Source: the human T2T-CHM13v2.0 reference genome, Homo sapiens. Taken from it: a stretch of DNA of 64,000 nt. Of this stretch, positions 59,743 through 64,000 are shown one piece after another (positions within the stretch are counted from its first letter, which is position 1; the number at the start of each line of letters is the position of its first letter). Where the stretch lies: assembly GCF_009914755.1 (NCBI RefSeq), contig NC_060947.1; one strand, given 5' to 3'. Under the pieces are notes generated by a model. That model was given only the letters and a program-made list of their open reading frames with translations, was not told the DNA's origin and did not search any database. Both the position numbers and the translations under genes were made by a program.

Positions 59743-62700
59743 TTTGGTGCCGTGACTTGGATCGGGGGACCTCCCTTGGGAGATCAATCCCCTGTCCTCC
59801 TGCTCTCTGCTCTGTGAGAAAGATGCACCTACGACCTCAGGTCCTCAGACCGACCAGCCCAAGAAACATCTCACTAATTTCAAATCTGGTAAGCGGCCTC
59901 TTTTTACTCTCTTCTCCAACCTCCCTCACTATCCCTCAACCTCTTTCTCCTTTCAATCTTGGCGCCACACTTCAATCTCTCCCTTCTCTTAATTTCAATT
60001 CCTTTCATTTTCTGGTAGAGACAAAGGAGACATGCTTTATCCATGGACCCAAAACTCTGGTGCCGGTCACGGACTGGGAAGGCAGCCTTCCCTTGGTGTT
60101 TAATCATTGCAGGGATGCCTCTCTGATTATTCACCCACGTTTCAGCGGTGTCAGACCACCCAGGGATGCCTGCCTTGGTCATTCATGCTTAGCGGCAAGT
60201 TCCGCTTTTCTGTGGGAGGGGCAAGTACCCCAACCCCTTCTCTCCGTGTCTCTACCCCTTCTCCACTTTTCTGGGGGAGGGGCCAGAACCCCTCAACCCC
60301 TTCTCCTTCACCCTTAGTGGCAAGTCCCGCTTTTCTAGGGGGCAAGAATCCCCAATCCCTTATTTCCGTGCCCCGACCTCTCATCTCTGCACCTCAACCC
60401 CTTATTTCCGTGCCCCGACCCCTTTCCCGCTTTTCTGGAGGTTAAGAACCCTCGAACCCCTTCCCTCCATGTCTCTACTCTCTCTTTTCTCTGGGCTTGC
60501 CTCCTTCACTATAGGCAACCTTCCACCCTCCATTCCTCCGTCTCCCTTAGCCTGTGCTCTCAAGAACTTAAAACCTCTTCAACTCACACCTGACCTAAAA
60601 CCTAAATGCCTTATTTTCTTCTGCAATGCCGCTTGACCCCAATACAAACTTGACAGTGGTTCCAAATAGCCAGAAAATGGCACTTTCAATTTTTCCATTC
60701 TACAAGATCTAAATAATTCTTGTCATAAAATGGGCAAATGGTCTGAGGTGCCTGACTTCCAAGCATTGTTTTACACATTGGTCTCTCCCTAGTCTCTGTG
60801 CCCAGTGCAACTTGTCCCAAATCTTCCTTCTTTCCCTCCCGCCTGTCCCCTCAGTCCCAACCCCAAGTGTTGCTGAGTCTTTCTAATCTTCCTTTTCTAC
60901 AGACCCATCTGACCTCTCCCCTCCTCCCCAGGCTGCTCCTTGCCAGGCCGAGCTAGGTCCCAATTCTTCCTCAGCCTCCGCTCCTCCACCCTATAATCTT
61001 TTTATCACCTCCCCTCCTCACACCCGGTCTGGTTTACAGTTTCATTCCGTGAGTGGCCCTCCCCGACCTGCCCAGCAATTTCCTCTTAAAAAGGTGGCTG
61101 AAGCTAAAGGCATAGTCAAGGTTAATGCTCCTTTTTCTTTATCAGATGTCTCCCAAATCAGTGAGCATTTAGGCTCTTTCATCAAATATGAAAAACCCAG
61201 CCCAGTTCATGGCTCGTTCGGCAACAACCCTGAGACGCTTTACAGCCCTAGACCCTAAAAGGTCAAAAGGCCGTCTTATTCTCAATATACATGTTATTAC
61301 CCAATCCGCTCCTGACATTAAATAAAACTCCAAAAATTAAATTCCGGCCCTCAAACCCCACAACAGGACTTAATTAACCTCGCCTTCAAGGTGTACAATA
61401 ATAGAGACAGCCAAGTAGCAACATATTTCTGAGTTGCAATTCCTTGCCTCCACTGTGAGACAAACCCCAGCCACATCTCCAGCACACAAGAACTTCCAAA
61501 CGACTAAACCGCAGTAGCCAGGCATTCCTCCAGAACCGCCTCCCCCAGGAGCTTGCTACAAGTGCCAGAAATCTGGCCACCAGGCCAAGGAATGCCCGCA
61601 ACCCAGGATTCCTCCTAAGCCGTGTCCCATCTGTGCGGGACCCCACTGGAAATTGGATGGAAATCGGACTGTTCAACTCACCTGGCAGCCACTCCCAGAG
61701 ACCCTGGAACTCTGGCCCAAGGCTCTCTGACTGACTCCTTCCCAGATCTTCTCGGCTTAGCGGCTGAAGACTGACGCTGCCTGATTGCCTCAGAAGCCCT
61801 GTAGACCATCACAGATGCCAAGCTTTAGGTAACTCTCACAGTGGAGGGTAAGTCCGTCCCCTTCTTAATCAATACGGAGGCTACCCACTCCACATTACCT
61901 TATTTTCAAGGGCCTGTTTCCCTTGCCTCCATAACTGTTGTGGGTATTGACGGCCAGGCTTCTAAACCTCTTAAAACTCCCCAACTCTGGTGCCAACTTA
62001 GACAATACTCTTTTAAGCACTCCTTTTTAGTTATCCCCACCTGCCCAGTTCCCTTATTAGGCCGAGACACTTTAACTAAATTATCTGCTTCCCTGACTAT
62101 TCCTGGGCTACAGCCACACCTCATTGCCACCTTTTCCCCTAGCTCAAAGCCTCCTTCACATCCTCCCCTTGTATCTCCCCACCTTAACCCACAAGTATAA
62201 GACACCTCTACTCCCTCCTTAGCGACCGATCATGCACCCCTTACCATCCCATTAAAACCTCATCACTCTTACCCCGCTCAATGCCAATATCCCATCCCAC
62301 AGCATGCTTTGAAAGGACTAAAGCCTGTTATCACTCGCCTGCTACAGCATGGCCTTTTAAAGCCTATAAACGCTCCTTACCATTCCCCCATTTTACCTGT
62401 CCTAAAACCAGACAAGGCTTACAGGTTAGTTCAGAATCTGCGCCTTATCAACCAAATTGTTTTGCCTATCCACCCCGTGGTGCCAAACCTATATACTCTC
62501 CTCAATGCCTCCCTCTACAACCCATTATTCTGTTCTGGATCTCAAACGTGCTTTCTTTACTATTCCTTTGTACCCTTCATCCCAGCCTCTCTTCGCTTTC
62601 GCTTAGACTGACCCTGACACCCATTAGGCTCAGGAAATTACCTGGGCTGTACTGCCGCAAGGCTTCACAGGCAGCCCCCATTACTTCAGTCAAGCCCAAA

Positions 62701-64000
62701 TTTCATCCTCGTCTGTTACCTATCTTGGCATAATTTTCATAAAAACACACGTGCTCTCCCTGCTGATCGTGTCCGATTAATCTCCCAAACCTCAATCCCT
62801 TACAAAACAACAACTCCTTTCCTTCCTAGGCATGGTTAGTGTGGTCAGAATTCTTACACAAGAGCCAGGACCGCACCCTGTAGCCTTTCTGTCCAGACAA
62901 CTTGACCTTACTGTTTTAGCCTAGCCCTCATGTCTGTGGGCAGCGGCTGCCGCTGCTTTAATACTTTTAGAGGTCCTAAAAATCAAACTATGCTCAACTC
63001 ACTCTCTACATTTCTCATAACTTCCAAAATCTATTTTCTTCCTCATACCTGATGCATATACTTTCTGCTCCCCGGCTCCTTCAGCTGTACTCACTCTTTG
63101 TTAAGTCCCACAATTACCATTGTTCCTGGCCCAGACTTCAATCCGGCCTCCCACATTATTCCTGATACCACACCTGACCCCCATGACTGTATCTCTCTGA
63201 TCCACCTGACATTCACCCCATTTCCCCATATTTCCTTCTTTCCTGTTCCTCCCCCGATCACGCTTGATTTATTGATGGCAGTTCCACCAGGCCTAATCGC
63301 CACACACCAGCAAAGGCAGGCTATGCTATAGTACAAGCCACTAGCCTGCCTCTTAGAATCTCTCCTCATTTTCTTTCCATTGTGGAAATCTATCATCAAG
63401 GAAATAACTTCTCAGTGTTCCGTCTGCTATTCTACTACTCCTCAGGGATTATTCAGGCCCCCTCCCTTCCCTACACATTAAGCTCGAGGATTTGCCCCCA
63501 CCCAGGACTGGCAAATTAGCTTTACTCAACATGCCCCGAGTCAGATAACTAAAATACCTCTTAGTCTAGGTAGACACTTTCACTGGATAGGTACAGGCCT
63601 TTCCTACAGGGTCTGAGAAGGCCACCGCAGTCATTTCTTCCCTTCTGTCAGACATAATTCCTCAGTTTAGCCTTCCCACCTCTATACAGTCTGATAACAG
63701 ACCAGCCTTTATTAGTCAAATCAGCCAAGCAGTTTTTCAGGCTCTTAGTATTCAAGGAAACCTTTATGTCCCTTACGGTCCTCCGTCTTCAGGAAAAGTA
63801 GAACGGACTAAAGGTCTTTTAAAAACACACCTCACCAAGCTCAGCCACCAGCTTAAAAAGGACTGGACAATACTTTTACCACTTTTCCTTCTCAGAAGTC
63901 AGACCTGTGCTCAGAATGCTACAGGGTACAGCCCATTTGAGCTCCTGTATAGACGCTCCTTTTTATTAGGCCCCAGTCTCATTCCAGACACCAGACCAAC
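59743..64000 (+). mobile_element. HERV-H internal region (leader, defective gag, pro, pol); continues beyond the window
   Basis: C-rich strand bias. Zinc knuckle [14 protein letters not shown] at 61554-61595; protease relic FLINTEATHS..PVPLLGRD (61841-62200); RT relic [22 protein letters not shown] (62309-62611); integrase-like sequence after about 63480. Multiple stops and frameshifts. Confidence 0.95.
59745..59762 (+). other. tRNA-His primer binding site
   Basis: TGGTGCCGTGACTTGGAT, one mismatch from TGGTGCCGTGACTCGGAT (complement of the tRNA-His 3' end). Confidence 0.9.

Noticed and set aside
59649-60445. 222-aa and 112-aa ORFs in the HERV-H leader
   Set aside because: Stop-poor C-rich LTR/leader sequence common to HERV-H copies; no gag homology.

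Overview
Human (or great-ape) genomic DNA from the Xp22 TLR7-TLR8 tandem locus, recognised from the two proteins. The window starts inside the last intron of TLR7 and contains the single large TLR7 coding exon (4989-8135) with its Alu-containing 3' UTR. It then contains about 16 kb of intergenic DNA and the whole TLR8 gene: ATG-ending exon 1 near 26170, the alternative 137-nt exon at 29769-29905, the coding exon 38506-41628 and a 3' UTR to about 42630. The distal third is retroelement-rich: a MER67-like LTR split by an L1MA, a 5'-truncated L1PA with an open ORF2, a MER4-group provirus remnant and a nested HERV-H provirus (LTR7, His-tRNA PBS, gag/pro/pol relics) running off the right edge. This is a well-studied locus and I see no new protein-coding system. 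The most interesting sequence-level observations are: a splice-dependent uORF switch in TLR8; candidate CTCF, NF-kB and YY1 sites between the genes; an L1 3' transduction; a direct-inverted-direct micro-rearrangement at an LTR end; a palindromic AT-rich VNTR; a local ~260-bp duplication; and an LTR7 carrying the AAAAGAAG segment. Repeat subfamily names and SNP identities are from recall of consensus sequences and were not computed.
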